From an uncultured Candidatus Saccharibacteria bacterium (GTDB lineage Bacteria > Patescibacteriota > Minisyncoccia > Phycocordibacterales > UBA9973), in contig CAZUZL010000001.1 of the NCBI GenBank assembly GCA_964625065.1, positions 40,132-104,131 of the forward strand: a DNA stretch of 64,000 nucleotides. The letters are read 5' to 3'. Position 1 is the stretch's first letter; the number at the start of each line of letters is the position of its first letter. The position numbers and the translations under genes were made by a program. The notes under the pieces were generated by a model that saw only the letters and a list, made by a program, of their open reading frames with translations, was not told the DNA's origin and made no database searches. Below are positions 18,864-29,541 of the stretch, one piece after another.

Positions 18864-19766
18864 TTATTCATTCACTCCTATTAATAAAAGTCCTGAAATA
18901 ATAATACAAAAGATTAATACTTTCTTTATAACTACCTTACGGTTTATGTCCTCTCTGAACGCTTCGGGGTTGTATTTTTTAACAGCTACAGTATACAACA
19001 AAACAAAGATTGGTATAACCATACCAATACCCTTTACCAAACTTACAGGGGCCAATTCTATAGCGTACATTTCTGCACCAACTGCTAAAAATGTAAAAAA
19101 TTCTTCTAAAAAGAAAAGTTTAAAATACTTACGGTAACTATCTTTTTCTTCTTTTAGTTGTGTTCGCAAACTAGGCATAGCAAGTATGAAAGCACAGCCG
19201 ATAATACCTGATGTAATCAATTGCCCACCTATAGCAGTACTCCACCCTATACCGTGTTCAAACATGTATTTATACAAGATACCGTCAATGGCAAGTATGG
19301 TAGATGCCAGCACTATAAGGTAAAAAGCTTTACTTAACTTTAAAGTTTTAATTTTACCTCTAAAAGCCAACAAGACATTCCCTAAAATAATAATACCTAT
19401 ACCAATATATTCGCGTAATTGTAGAACTTCACCAATAAAAACAAAGGCGAATATTGGAATTATTATTTTACCGAAAGAAAAAAATGCAGATACAACAGAA
19501 GTGTCTTCTATTTTTAAAGATTTGTAATATGGGTACAAATACAAAAGGTTCGTTAAGCCAACACCTATAAGTGGCCAAATTAAGTCAAAAGTTGGTAATA
19601 CTGGTTTTTGAATAATAAACAGTATTGGCACAAATACAAAGTTACACAAAGATGCAAAAAATATCAATGGTGCAATATTCTTAAAACCTTTATTACTAAA
19701 AAATTCATCAAAAATTTCAGCTACTGCATACAAAGCTGGGGCCAGAAAAGCAAAAAATATCCACAT
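18864..19766 (-). CDS. EamA/DMT-family permease
   Basis: 300 aa with about ten TM helices in two EamA-like halves. Confidence 0.65.
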   Translation of the reverse strand: MWIFFAFLAPALYAVAEIFDEFFSNKGFKNIAPLIFFASLCNFVFVPILFIIQKPVLPTFDLIWPLIGVGLTNLLYLYPYYKSLKIEDTSVVSAFFSFGKIIIPIFAFVFIGEVLQLREYIGIGIIILGNVLLAFRGKIKTLKLSKAFYLIVLASTILAIDGILYKYMFEHGIGWSTAIGGQLITSGIIGCAFILAMPSLRTQLKEEKDSYRKYFKLFFLEEFFTFLAVGAEMYAIELAPVSLVKGIGMVIPIFVLLYTVAVKKYNPEAFREDINRKVVIKKVLIFCIIISGLLLIGVNE

Positions 19767-19773
19767 TTGTAGA

Positions 19774-20244
19774 TTATATCACTTTTTTAATGTTTACATA
19801 ATGACCTAAAAACCACTTTAATTTATCTTGTAAATACTTGGTATTTTTAATGGTTAATTGTTGGCCCTCATATTTTATTATAACAACTGTACCTTCTAAC
19901 CTTTTATTAAAATCAAGCGAATCGGAAATGCTATCTTTTTCTATTTTAAGTATTATTAATTCTTTGTATTTATCTGATATAAAATTACCATCAGAATCTA
20001 CCCAACTAGATCTAGATTTCAATAGTGATTTTTTTCTAATTGGTGATGTAATAAAAGCACCTAAGACACCTAACAAACGAGTAAGTATATGCACATATAC
20101 AGGCATACTAATTCCAATAATATAAAGACAATCTTTAGTAACTATAATGTCTGCCATTGAAAAATTATTGTTTTTTATTGAATCTGAAAAATTAACAACA
20201 AATGTCCAATTTGGAATATATAAAAATGGTCTATATTTTTCCAT
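19774..20244 (-). CDS. Hypothetical protein
   Basis: 156 aa ORF, no motif. Confidence 0.4.
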   Translation of the reverse strand: MEKYRPFLYIPNWTFVVNFSDSIKNNNFSMADIIVTKDCLYIIGISMPVYVHILTRLLGVLGAFITSPIRKKSLLKSRSSWVDSDGNFISDKYKELIILKIEKDSISDSLDFNKRLEGTVVIIKYEGQQLTIKNTKYLQDKLKWFLGHYVNIKKVI

Positions 20245-20247
20245 AAT

Positions 20248-20445
20248 TTAATATGAATATATTTTAATTACTTGAAGTATAAAGAAAACAATAAGACCTA
20301 TGGTAAAAATTGTATTTATTTTTCTATATTTATTAGATTTTTTTATTATCTGCTCGTTTCGCAACAAGGCTTGTTTTTGATTTTCAACAGTTTCTTTTTG
20401 TAAATCACGAATTTCTTCTAATATTTTTATAGTTTTATCTTCCAT
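20248..20445 (-). CDS. Small membrane protein
   Basis: 65 aa with a coiled N-terminus and one C-terminal TM helix. Confidence 0.3.
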   Translation of the reverse strand: MEDKTIKILEEIRDLQKETVENQKQALLRNEQIIKKSNKYRKINTIFTIGLIVFFILQVIKIYSY

Positions 20446-20465
20446 ATAATTTAGTTTAGTTAATT

Positions 20466-21617
20466 TTATTTCAACGCCTTTATACCAACTAGTGTACCTT
20501 TTGCCAGGAATTCTAATGTTGCGCCACCGCCAGTAGAAACAAAAGTAAATTTATTTGCCATGCTTGATTGGTTTATAACATCCACTGTATCGCCACCACC
20601 TACGATACTAACAGTCTTTTGTTTGCCTTTGGTTTGACTTGCTAATGCATTTAACAAATCTATAGTGCTTTTTGTGTGGCCTTTTTCGTACCAGCCTAAT
20701 GGGCCGTTCCATACAACAAGTTTTGTTTTTGCCATTAATGTAGTTAGTAGTTTAACTGTTAGTGGGCCTACGTCTACTATAGTGTCGCCCTTTTGAACTT
20801 CAGCTACATTTACAGCCCAAGAATTTTTACCCCTACTATCTGTGCGGTTAACTATAACGTCGATTGGTGTTAGAACTTTTTTATTTTTAAGTACACCAGT
20901 CAGTGGTGGAGTATTTTTATCTATAACAGATTTACCAACTTCGTAACCTTTGGCTTTTAAAAAGTTGTTTGCTAATGCACCGCCGACAAACACCATATCT
21001 GCAGTAGAAACATATTTTTTAAGTAATGGCATTTTAGTTTCAAACTTTGCACCGCCTAGTATAAATAGGAATGGTTTTTTAGGTTTCAATGCACTAGACA
21101 AATTTAAAATTTCTTTTTCCATCTGTAGTCCTGCATATGAAGGCAGTAGTTTAGGTAAACCAACTATAGACATATGTGCCCGGTGCGACACTGAAAATGC
21201 GTCGTTTACATATATGTCCCCTAACGATGCAAAGTCACTAGCTAGTTGTTTGTCATTTTCTTTCTCACCCTTCCATCGGCGGATGTTTTCTATTACCATT
21301 ATGTCGCCTTCGTTCATTAGTACTATATTTTGTACAATGTCATCGAAATTTGTACTTTTTTCTAATGTTACAACTGTGTTTGGTATTAATGTTTTAAGGT
21401 AGTTAACCATAGGTAATAAGGTTTGTTTACCATCGTCCCCAGCATGTGCCAACACAACAACCTTGGCCCCCTTCTCGGTTAAGGTTTTAATAGTTTGCAG
21501 TGACGCAACAATACGAAAACCGTCGCCAACTACACCATTTACAATTGGCACATTCCAGTCTAGTCGTACTAGTGCTACTTTATTTTTTAATTGTTTTAGT
21601 TTTTTGAGTGTTTGCAT
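20466..21617 (-). CDS. pgk: Phosphoglycerate kinase
   Basis: RLDWNVP, VGGGDTV and GGGATLEFLAKG motifs. Confidence 0.92.
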   Translation of the reverse strand: MQTLKKLKQLKNKVALVRLDWNVPIVNGVVGDGFRIVASLQTIKTLTEKGAKVVVLAHAGDDGKQTLLPMVNYLKTLIPNTVVTLEKSTNFDDIVQNIVLMNEGDIMVIENIRRWKGEKENDKQLASDFASLGDIYVNDAFSVSHRAHMSIVGLPKLLPSYAGLQMEKEILNLSSALKPKKPFLFILGGAKFETKMPLLKKYVSTADMVFVGGALANNFLKAKGYEVGKSVIDKNTPPLTGVLKNKKVLTPIDVIVNRTDSRGKNSWAVNVAEVQKGDTIVDVGPLTVKLLTTLMAKTKLVVWNGPLGWYEKGHTKSTIDLLNALASQTKGKQKTVSIVGGGDTVDVINQSSMANKFTFVSTGGGATLEFLAKGTLVGIKALK

Positions 21618-22377
21618 AGTTTTCAGTATTAATTAATATTGTATCAAAATGTTTTGGCAATAGTGATTCGTGTCCTACCAGATACCCGTCGACACCACCA
21701 TGTTCTATAAACCCTAACGCGTCCTTCGGTGTTACAGACCCACCATACAGCACCTGCACATTGTGCGCATCTGCTGGGCTGAATATGTCGCTTATAACTT
21801 TACGTATAAAAAGAACAACTTCAAAACATTCAGCTGGTGTTGCAGGGCGCGGGGCGTCTTTGCCTATAGCCCATACAGGTTCATAAGCAATTACAATTTG
21901 TTCTAAAGACTTACGTGGTAAGTTACCTATAGCAGTTGTTACTTGTTCCTTTATAGTGTGCCAGAAAAAACCCTGAGTGTCGCGCAACATTTCACCAACA
22001 CATATTACAGGCACCAGACCGTTTGTAACTGCTGTTGTAACCTTAGCACGTACTGTTGTGTCTGTTTCACCCCTGGCACGAACTTCACTGTGGCCAACTA
22101 TAGTATAAGTAACACCAAACTTTTTAACCATCGACGCAGAAACTAAGCCAGTATGTGCGCCTTCTGTTGGCACCGCAATGTCCTGTACACCTAATATACA
22201 TTTTTTAGAGGCTAGTTTTTTCAGGTCAGATAAATACACATAAGGCACACAAATAACTGTTGAAACGTTTTTCAATTTAGAAGATACTTTTTTAATACCA
22301 GTAAAAATCTTCTTCGCCTCTACTGTAGTTTGGGGGTTTAGTTTCCAGTTAGCTATAATCAGGTAATTGTTTTTCAT
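21580..22377 (-). CDS. tpiA: Triosephosphate isomerase
   Basis: ANWKLN, VGHSEVR, IAYEPVWAIG and YGGSV motifs; the C-terminus is extended and overlaps the pgk start by ~38 nt. Confidence 0.9.
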   Translation of the reverse strand: MKNNYLIIANWKLNPQTTVEAKKIFTGIKKVSSKLKNVSTVICVPYVYLSDLKKLASKKCILGVQDIAVPTEGAHTGLVSASMVKKFGVTYTIVGHSEVRARGETDTTVRAKVTTAVTNGLVPVICVGEMLRDTQGFFWHTIKEQVTTAIGNLPRKSLEQIVIAYEPVWAIGKDAPRPATPAECFEVVLFIRKVISDIFSPADAHNVQVLYGGSVTPKDALGFIEHGGVDGYLVGHESLLPKHFDTILINTENYANTQKTKTIKK

Positions 22378-22421
22378 TATGTTATTGTAACATTTAGAAT
22401 GTGTGGCTTCAATGCATGCAA

Positions 22422-22460
22422 AAATAAACCGCAGTTACATAATAACTGCGGTTTATTATC
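22422..22460 (-). terminator. Intrinsic terminator
   Basis: aaaccgcagttacataataactgcggtttatt. Confidence 0.6.
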
Positions 22461-23934
22461 TTTCTTCCCATAGTATGGTTTGGTATTGGTCAGAAGTAAG
22501 TGGAAAAGAAGGTGGTGCCCCGTATAAAAGATTTGCATCGTATGTAATAGTACGTGTGTCGTATCCTGTGCCATCTGTATATGCAAAACCATAACGTTGG
22601 TTTGAACCTATCATTCCATACAAACGTAGAGAATTACGCAAATATCCCGTACCACAACTGCTAGCGTAGTACGAACGCCCAACACGACCGTTTTGAGCAA
22701 TCAATGCAGCATCTATACGTAAGTCGTTTGCACTACTTAAACCTAAGTTTATATTATTTTGTGCAACTAAACCAATTACATCTTGCCCATCGACATTCGT
22801 GTAACGTAGATCGTTATTAATAATAATACTTTTACGTTTTGTTGGGTCATCAGGAAAACGCCCCGCGGCAATAGTAATACGTGCGGAATTAATAGTTCCG
22901 TCTACCCATACGTTATCTTCAACAAAGATAACCCCATTTACAGGAAATACCACGTTGCCAGCAGTAAGTGTTTCTGTTTTTATAGTCCAAGTACTCCAAT
23001 CTAATTCATTATTTAAATTAGTACACCCGTTTGGTACAGCAGTTAGTGCAGTTACTGTATATATGTCATATGTATCGTTTGTTTTTAAAACAATATGGTA
23101 ACCCTGTTTACCTGAAGCTGCGTAATATTTACCATCGGTTGCAGAACCTAATGTTTTTAATTTAGACAAATCAGTTGTTATACCAGCAAAATCAACAACC
23201 GGCACTGGAAACTTTCTTCCCGCCATAAACACATCGGACCGGTCGGCAACTGCGTTGGGCGAAGCTTCGGCACTGCGGTATGTGTCGTTTACTGTTGTAC
23301 CAACACCTGTGTCTGTGTCGTGCGTGTGCACTGCAAATTCTGAACCTCCGGTGTGGTCAGGGTCGTCGTACGTAGTCAACGCACTAGTAACCAGATTATG
23401 GGCTATACCGTCTAGTCGTATGCCAAAATTTGAATGTAATGGTCCAAATATTTCTGTACCTTCACCAAAACGCATATTGTCATTAGCTACCACAGAAAAC
23501 TTAGCAAAAGAAGGTATAGCAAGGTCAGATTCGATAGTGCGCTTAACATTTGCCACACCAGTTAATGTTCCTGTGGAAAATATTTTTACCAACGTAGACC
23601 CAGCTGGTGGCGGGGTTATTGTTAACGAATATTGTCCTATCTGGTTTCCGTCGCTATCATAAAAAGCATGCACATATGGACCATTTGTATTTGTTCCATC
23701 TTTGTAGTCAGTGTTATTTTTAGCCAAATGCCATCTGTAGTAATCAATACCGGCTTCGGCAATTTGTAATGCTTGTTCGCGTTGCAATGTACGTCTGACG
23801 GCTGCAACACTAGTTGTAGTCCACATTACAAAAGCCAATACCACTATAACGGTTATAGCTGTAAATATAAGTACACCTAGCAACATAAATGCTTGGGGTG
23901 TTTGAATATTTTTTTTCAAATTTATATTTACCAT
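22456..23934 (-). CDS. Pilus-associated protein with N-terminal membrane anchor (putative minor pilin/tip protein)
   Basis: 492 aa with an N-terminal hydrophobic helix, Thr/Asn-rich beta-type sequence, last gene of the pilB-pilC-pilin operon. Confidence 0.45.
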   Translation of the reverse strand: MVNINLKKNIQTPQAFMLLGVLIFTAITVIVVLAFVMWTTTSVAAVRRTLQREQALQIAEAGIDYYRWHLAKNNTDYKDGTNTNGPYVHAFYDSDGNQIGQYSLTITPPPAGSTLVKIFSTGTLTGVANVKRTIESDLAIPSFAKFSVVANDNMRFGEGTEIFGPLHSNFGIRLDGIAHNLVTSALTTYDDPDHTGGSEFAVHTHDTDTGVGTTVNDTYRSAEASPNAVADRSDVFMAGRKFPVPVVDFAGITTDLSKLKTLGSATDGKYYAASGKQGYHIVLKTNDTYDIYTVTALTAVPNGCTNLNNELDWSTWTIKTETLTAGNVVFPVNGVIFVEDNVWVDGTINSARITIAAGRFPDDPTKRKSIIINNDLRYTNVDGQDVIGLVAQNNINLGLSSANDLRIDAALIAQNGRVGRSYYASSCGTGYLRNSLRLYGMIGSNQRYGFAYTDGTGYDTRTITYDANLLYGAPPSFPLTSDQYQTILWEER

Positions 23935-23943
23935 GTATATATA

Positions 23944-24588
23944 TTATAAGTTATTTTTCAAATTTCGTAACGACACTTGTGTAGTTAACGTAAATGCTGG
24001 TGGCGCCTGGTTTACATCGTCGTCAACAGATATATAAATTTTTACTAAACGTACATCTGTATACCTACTTGATGCTAAACTTGCATAGCCAGTCGCACCA
24101 GTGTAACCAGTGTCATAGTATGTAAACATTGGAGTTGTTCCGTTAACCACATTATACACAATTGTATTTGCAACTTCATTTGCTGTGTTGTATGTTAATG
24201 GGTCGCCGGTTGGTTGAGTTACACCTTTTACCAATGTACTTCCGGACTGTGTATATCGAATTCTTTCTTTTGTACCATTATTGTCTGCGTCACTATAGAA
24301 TATAAATTCTGAACCTGTCATTTTTTCTATACCAAACGCACCAGTAGACGCTGGTGACAATGAACGTATTTCTTCAACCATAGGACGCAGTATACGTTTA
24401 GTTTCGTCCTGTGCACTAAGTTTTGTTTGCGCATATTCTCTGTATAGTAACGTGTTAACTTTAAAATTCGCAATCAATTTAACAGAAAAACCCATGATGG
24501 CAATAACAATAAGAAGTTCTAACAAACTAAATGCTTTGTATGTTTTTTTATTAGAATTTAAAATTTGTTTTTTCATATTATTGAACAT
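23944..24588 (-). CDS. Type IV pilin-like (prepilin N-terminal domain) protein
   Basis: KAFSLLELLIVIAIMG class-III signal/N-methylation motif. Confidence 0.7.
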   Translation of the reverse strand: MFNNMKKQILNSNKKTYKAFSLLELLIVIAIMGFSVKLIANFKVNTLLYREYAQTKLSAQDETKRILRPMVEEIRSLSPASTGAFGIEKMTGSEFIFYSDADNNGTKERIRYTQSGSTLVKGVTQPTGDPLTYNTANEVANTIVYNVVNGTTPMFTYYDTGYTGATGYASLASSRYTDVRLVKIYISVDDDVNQAPPAFTLTTQVSLRNLKNNL

Positions 24589-26365
24589 GCATACTTATTG
24601 TTATCAAGGCCCAAACTAAACTTCCACTAGCCAAAGTAAATGTTGATGTCTGTGTATTATATCCTGGATTCGATATAGTTGCAGTATATGTACCATTTGA
24701 AAGTGCAGAAAAGTTTACATAGCCAGCTGGTGTACAACTACTAGAATACCCCACGGTTATGTCACTAACTATCGGTCTAGCAGTCGCAGGGGTGTTTGCG
24801 TGTAGGAACAGTTTATAACGAACATACTTATGTCCCTGGAACTGTGTCATGGCAGACAAACTACTATTACTAGTTGTAAAATATGTAGCACTTGTACCAT
24901 CTGGTCCGATAAAAGTATAGTCAGAAAGTAATGTCGTGTCTGCAACAGCAAGTTGGAACTTAACAGATGTGCCAGCACTTTGACTTGTTGGTTCCCAACC
25001 TACAGTAAACAAGTTTCCACTTGCTATATCAATTGCACTGGAAGTTAGTACACCATCTGTACCACCAGTTGTTGTTAATGTTATTTGCCCTGGTGTTGAT
25101 GTTGTGTTTACGTTTGAATCTGAAGACTGGAATTTTGTTGTATCTGTATACAGAGTTTGACTACCACCACCAGACCAATCTGTCTGTGTTATGTAACCGA
25201 CACCAGTTGATTTGGTTGAACTATACCCTGTTTTAGTTAGTACTACAGTTGCATTAGCCAAAGGCAAACCACTAGCAAAGTCCTTTACTGCAAACACACG
25301 ACGCACACCGTCTTTGGGGGCAACTATCGCATCGATTATTTTTGTTTCGCCTGGGTTTAACGATATAGGGTCCATAGTGTTCGAACCAATAAAATCATAA
25401 ACAGTGTCTAGGAAACTTATGTGATAAGAATCCCATTCCATATTATTTAAAGTTTTATTACCAGAACTGTCAGTTGCAGAAGTAACATTGTATTTAAACA
25501 AATCAGGTGTAGTAAATGACTTTTTAGAACCAACTAAATTATAATCCATAGATGAAACTGCCCCACAACTTGTTGTTTTACTTGTTATCTGCACAGTACC
25601 TACAACATCTATAGAAAAAGAAACTTGTGTTATACCTTCAGCTATAACAGATGCATGGGCTTTTGTAGCCGTACTTGTACCCGATTTTTTAGCAGTAGTT
25701 GCGTCAGTCGAGTAGCCAGACTTGGTAACAGTAATTTGATATGTATTAGTTGCAGGTGGAGCGTCTATTAACAACAATTGCCCGTTATTATCTGTCGTTT
25801 GTGTTGTATTAACAGCTGGAATTAAACTACTGTTAGTAATTGTCACACTAGCATCTGGCAAAGCAACTCCATTTGCATCAAAAACACGTATTAGTAAAAC
25901 TCCGTTTGAAGATTCTGATTCAAAGTTTTTAGGTGCAACATGGCTAGTATAAGTTGCTGTTACTGGTTTTCGGCAGTTTGTACATGTAACTGATATTTCC
26001 ACTAGTTTATTGTCTCCTGGGTTTGTATCTACGGGGTAAACACCGTCAAAAGGCTCGTCTATTGCACGGACTACAGTGTTTATATTATATGTATTATAGT
26101 CACGCACTAACACTTTATTTGAAACAATAACACCGGCCGGTATACCACCCACAGTACCAACACTGCTATAAGGAATGTTACGTATTATTTCTAATTGTTC
26201 TGTAGCTATACCTGTAATGATCAGTTTGTCTTGTATAACCGATGAAACTTCTATTATTTTTGTAAATATCTGATACAAAGCCAATGAAACAAGAGCTAAA
26301 ATAGTAACAGTAACTAATGTTTCTACCAACGTTACGCCTTTTTTATTTCCAAAGTACTGATGCAT
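24578..26365 (-). CDS. Large pseudopilin with carboxypeptidase-regulatory-like domains
   Basis: KGVTLVETLVTVTILALVSLALY prepilin-type N-terminus; GVLLIRVFDANGVALPDASVTITNS beta-sandwich motif; 595 aa. Confidence 0.65.
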   Translation of the reverse strand: MHQYFGNKKGVTLVETLVTVTILALVSLALYQIFTKIIEVSSVIQDKLIITGIATEQLEIIRNIPYSSVGTVGGIPAGVIVSNKVLVRDYNTYNINTVVRAIDEPFDGVYPVDTNPGDNKLVEISVTCTNCRKPVTATYTSHVAPKNFESESSNGVLLIRVFDANGVALPDASVTITNSSLIPAVNTTQTTDNNGQLLLIDAPPATNTYQITVTKSGYSTDATTAKKSGTSTATKAHASVIAEGITQVSFSIDVVGTVQITSKTTSCGAVSSMDYNLVGSKKSFTTPDLFKYNVTSATDSSGNKTLNNMEWDSYHISFLDTVYDFIGSNTMDPISLNPGETKIIDAIVAPKDGVRRVFAVKDFASGLPLANATVVLTKTGYSSTKSTGVGYITQTDWSGGGSQTLYTDTTKFQSSDSNVNTTSTPGQITLTTTGGTDGVLTSSAIDIASGNLFTVGWEPTSQSAGTSVKFQLAVADTTLLSDYTFIGPDGTSATYFTTSNSSLSAMTQFQGHKYVRYKLFLHANTPATARPIVSDITVGYSSSCTPAGYVNFSALSNGTYTATISNPGYNTQTSTFTLASGSLVWALITISMHVQ

Positions 26366-26377
26366 ATAGATTATATT

Positions 26378-27601
26378 TTATTTAACATTATCCATTAGAG
26401 AATACATCGGACTTAGCATAGATATAGCAAAGAAACCAACTGCAATACCAATAAACACCATAAGCATTGGTTCTACTATTGCAGAGAGGTCTTTTGTTTT
26501 TGTATCAACTTCGTTTTCATAAAAAATTGCAATGTCCTGTAACATAGCTGAAGTTTTACCAGTTTCTTCGCCGACTTCTATCATTTCGCCTACCATAAGC
26601 GGATACAGTTGCAGATTGCTTTTAAACGCCCCGGAAAGTGGTTCGCCCTTTTGCACATGTTCTATAGCTGTTGTTATAACTTCTTTATAATATGAATTTT
26701 GTAAAACTTCTTTTGTAATTTCCAAAGCTCGCATAATATCTACCCCAGAAGATAGCAAAGATGACAACGTTCGCGCTGTTCGGGCAGAATTAGATTCTTG
26801 GACTATAGTACCGATAACAGGTATACGCACAACAACCCATTCCATGGCGCGTTTAACTTTTTTAATTTTAGTTATATATATAACACCAACAACAAGTAAA
26901 ACTATAATTATTAATACCATCAACGGGTTTGCAGACAGTGCATCTGAAACAAAAATTACAAACTTTGTACTTGCTGGCAATTCACCGCCCATGTCTTTAA
27001 ATGTTTTTGTTAGTGTTGGTATAACATATATCATCATTAGTATACCTATAATACCAATAGCTGAAATAATAACTGCAGGGTACATCATGGCACTTTTAAT
27101 CTTCTTATTTAAGGCATAGCTTTTTTCTAAACTGGTACCTATTTCGTGCAGTGTACTTACCATGCCACCAGATTCCTCCCCGGCACGGACCATAGATACA
27201 AACAAGGCTGAAAAAACCTTTGGAAACTTAACCATCGAACCAGAAAGTGTACCACCTTGTGAAATATCGTTTTGTAGCGACTGTATTATTTCTTTGAAAG
27301 TTTTGTTTTTAGTTTGTTTTTCTAAAACTGCAAGTGCACGTGATATAGCCAAACCCGCTTCTAGCATACCAGCAAGGTTTTTAGTAAATAAAATCTTTTC
27401 CTGTAAACCAACACCTTTTTTAAGAAAAGGTATATTTAAATTTATACCTTTTGGTTTTATTTCTTCTATAGACAACACAGTACCCTGTGCATGCAGAACT
27501 TCTAAAGCACTTGCACGACTGGCAGAGTCAAGTATACTTTCTACCATCTGACCATTTTGAGATTTCATTCTATAGGAAAATTGCATACATATATTATACA
27601 T
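26378..27601 (-). CDS. pilC: Type IV pilus assembly platform protein PilC (GspF family)
   Basis: Two T2SF repeats with TM segments. Confidence 0.85.
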   Translation of the reverse strand: MYNICMQFSYRMKSQNGQMVESILDSASRASALEVLHAQGTVLSIEEIKPKGINLNIPFLKKGVGLQEKILFTKNLAGMLEAGLAISRALAVLEKQTKNKTFKEIIQSLQNDISQGGTLSGSMVKFPKVFSALFVSMVRAGEESGGMVSTLHEIGTSLEKSYALNKKIKSAMMYPAVIISAIGIIGILMMIYVIPTLTKTFKDMGGELPASTKFVIFVSDALSANPLMVLIIIVLLVVGVIYITKIKKVKRAMEWVVVRIPVIGTIVQESNSARTARTLSSLLSSGVDIMRALEITKEVLQNSYYKEVITTAIEHVQKGEPLSGAFKSNLQLYPLMVGEMIEVGEETGKTSAMLQDIAIFYENEVDTKTKDLSAIVEPMLMVFIGIAVGFFAISMLSPMYSLMDNVK

Positions 27602-27652
27602 CTTAGTTATATTTTAAACAAAGATTATAAGTTCTAAAAAATTTATATAAAA

Positions 27653-29404
27653 TTATTCAGACACAACACGGAACACTTCTTCTATAGAAGTTAAACCTTG
27701 AACTGCGCAGTATATACCGTCTTCTATCATTGTCATCATACCTTCTGATTTTGCTTGTTTTTCTATAACGTCTGCAGACGAACCTTTTAATATCATTTCT
27801 TTAATAGCTGGGCCAACAACCAAAACTTCATGTATACCCAAACGGCCTTTGTAACCGTCTTCTGATTCTTCGTTTTTGACAGGTCTATAAAAAGGTATGT
27901 TTTGCCATGTTGCATCTGGAGCTACCATTTTTTCATCTAGTAGGAACTTCATCATACGGTCTAGGTCTATGTATTTTTGAATATTTTTTATTTCTGCTTC
28001 AGACAATGTGTACTGTTCTTTGGCACTAGTAAGTTTACGCACCAAACGCTGTGAAATAACTATTTTTAAGGTCGAAACCAACAAGAAAGGTTCGGCACCC
28101 ATATCTATAAAACGAGGTATGGCACCAGCTGCACTGTTGGTGTGTATAGTAGACAACACAACGTGTCCGGTAAGCGATGCGTTAATAGCCAAACTAGCTG
28201 TTTCACCGTCACGGATTTCCCCCACCATAACTATGTCTGGGTCCTGACGCAATAGTGAACGTAGACCGTTAGCAAAAGTCATGCCAATTTCAGACTTCAC
28301 TTGGGTTTGGTTTATACGTGCCATTTGGTATTCTATTGGGTCTTCGATTGTAGATATGTTTACTTCAGGAGTATTCAAAAGGTCTAACACTGTGTAAAGT
28401 GTCGTAGTTTTACCTGAACCAGTCGGACCTGCGGCCAGTATCATACCTGTATGCATACGCATACCTTCGTGTAGACGCTCCAGACCCTCGCCATGAAAAC
28501 CAAGTTTTTCTAATGAAAAACCTTTGGAATTTTCTCGCAATATACGTATAACCACTTTTTCTCCGAAATATGTCGGTAATGTAGAAACACGAAAAGACAC
28601 CTTCATTTCGTCTTCTGTTATTTTAAAACGTCCGTCTTGGGGTAAACGTTTTTCGTCAAGCTTTAAGTTAGATAACACTTTGATACGTGCTGTTATGCCC
28701 GCCGCTGTTTCCTTGGGTAGTATCATGGCGTCTTTTAGTATACCGTCTATACGGTAACGTACTATTAACGATTCTTCTGCGGGTTCTATATGTATGTCAG
28801 AAGTGCCCTGCATTATAGCGTGCGATATTAGTGTATCGACGATTTTAACTATAGGCATGTCGTCGGCAAGTTTTTTCAAATCAGCTTCAGACTGGGCTTG
28901 GCCTGATTCTTCGGCTATCATTTTTAACGATGCACTTTCTTTAGAAATAATGTCATCGAATTCTGCCTTCAAACTTTTCTTATATAACTGTAGTGCATGC
29001 CTGATAGATGCTACGTCGGTTAGACGTGGTAATATTTTAACTTCAAACTTTTTCTTTAAGAAGTCCAGTGTAGCCAGGTCTTCTACGTCTAGCATGGCAA
29101 CTTCTATACTGTCTTTGTTTTGTTTAAAAGCCACAATGTTGTGGTTACGTGCAATAGGTTCGGGTATTAACGAAAGTATTTCGAATTCTATTTTTTCGTT
29201 AGTTAGGTTTACATATGGCAAACCTAGTACAAAAGCTTCAGCCCGCTTCATGTCTGCATCGGTAACTTTACCTTCAGAAAGCAAAGTTTGTGCCAAAGTT
29301 TGTTTTAGTTCTTTTGCTTTTTCTTCTAGTGCAATAAATTCGTCTTCTTTTATAATGCCACTGGTTAGGAAAAACTTTTTTAATTGTGTTTCATCAACTG
29401 TCAT
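27653..29404 (-). CDS. pilB: Type IV pilus assembly ATPase PilB (GspE family)
   Basis: Walker A LAAGPTGSGKTTTLY; T2SE N-terminal domain; start taken at MTVDETQ. Confidence 0.9.
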   Translation of the reverse strand: MTVDETQLKKFFLTSGIIKEDEFIALEEKAKELKQTLAQTLLSEGKVTDADMKRAEAFVLGLPYVNLTNEKIEFEILSLIPEPIARNHNIVAFKQNKDSIEVAMLDVEDLATLDFLKKKFEVKILPRLTDVASIRHALQLYKKSLKAEFDDIISKESASLKMIAEESGQAQSEADLKKLADDMPIVKIVDTLISHAIMQGTSDIHIEPAEESLIVRYRIDGILKDAMILPKETAAGITARIKVLSNLKLDEKRLPQDGRFKITEDEMKVSFRVSTLPTYFGEKVVIRILRENSKGFSLEKLGFHGEGLERLHEGMRMHTGMILAAGPTGSGKTTTLYTVLDLLNTPEVNISTIEDPIEYQMARINQTQVKSEIGMTFANGLRSLLRQDPDIVMVGEIRDGETASLAINASLTGHVVLSTIHTNSAAGAIPRFIDMGAEPFLLVSTLKIVISQRLVRKLTSAKEQYTLSEAEIKNIQKYIDLDRMMKFLLDEKMVAPDATWQNIPFYRPVKNEESEDGYKGRLGIHEVLVVGPAIKEMILKGSSADVIEKQAKSEGMMTMIEDGIYCAVQGLTSIEEVFRVVSE

Positions 29405-29487
29405 ACGTATAGTATATATGATTTTCACAAAAATCACATCACACCACATACACTTAGCGTGATTAAATAGTGCAGTGTAAAGAAAAA

Positions 29488-29515
29488 CACCAGAATATTT
29501 CTGGTGTTTTTTTAC
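29488..29515 (-). terminator. Intrinsic terminator
   Basis: aaaaacaccagaa-tatt-tctggtgtttttt. Confidence 0.6.
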
Positions 29516-29541
29516 TAAGCTTTTTTATACCAAATGAACTA

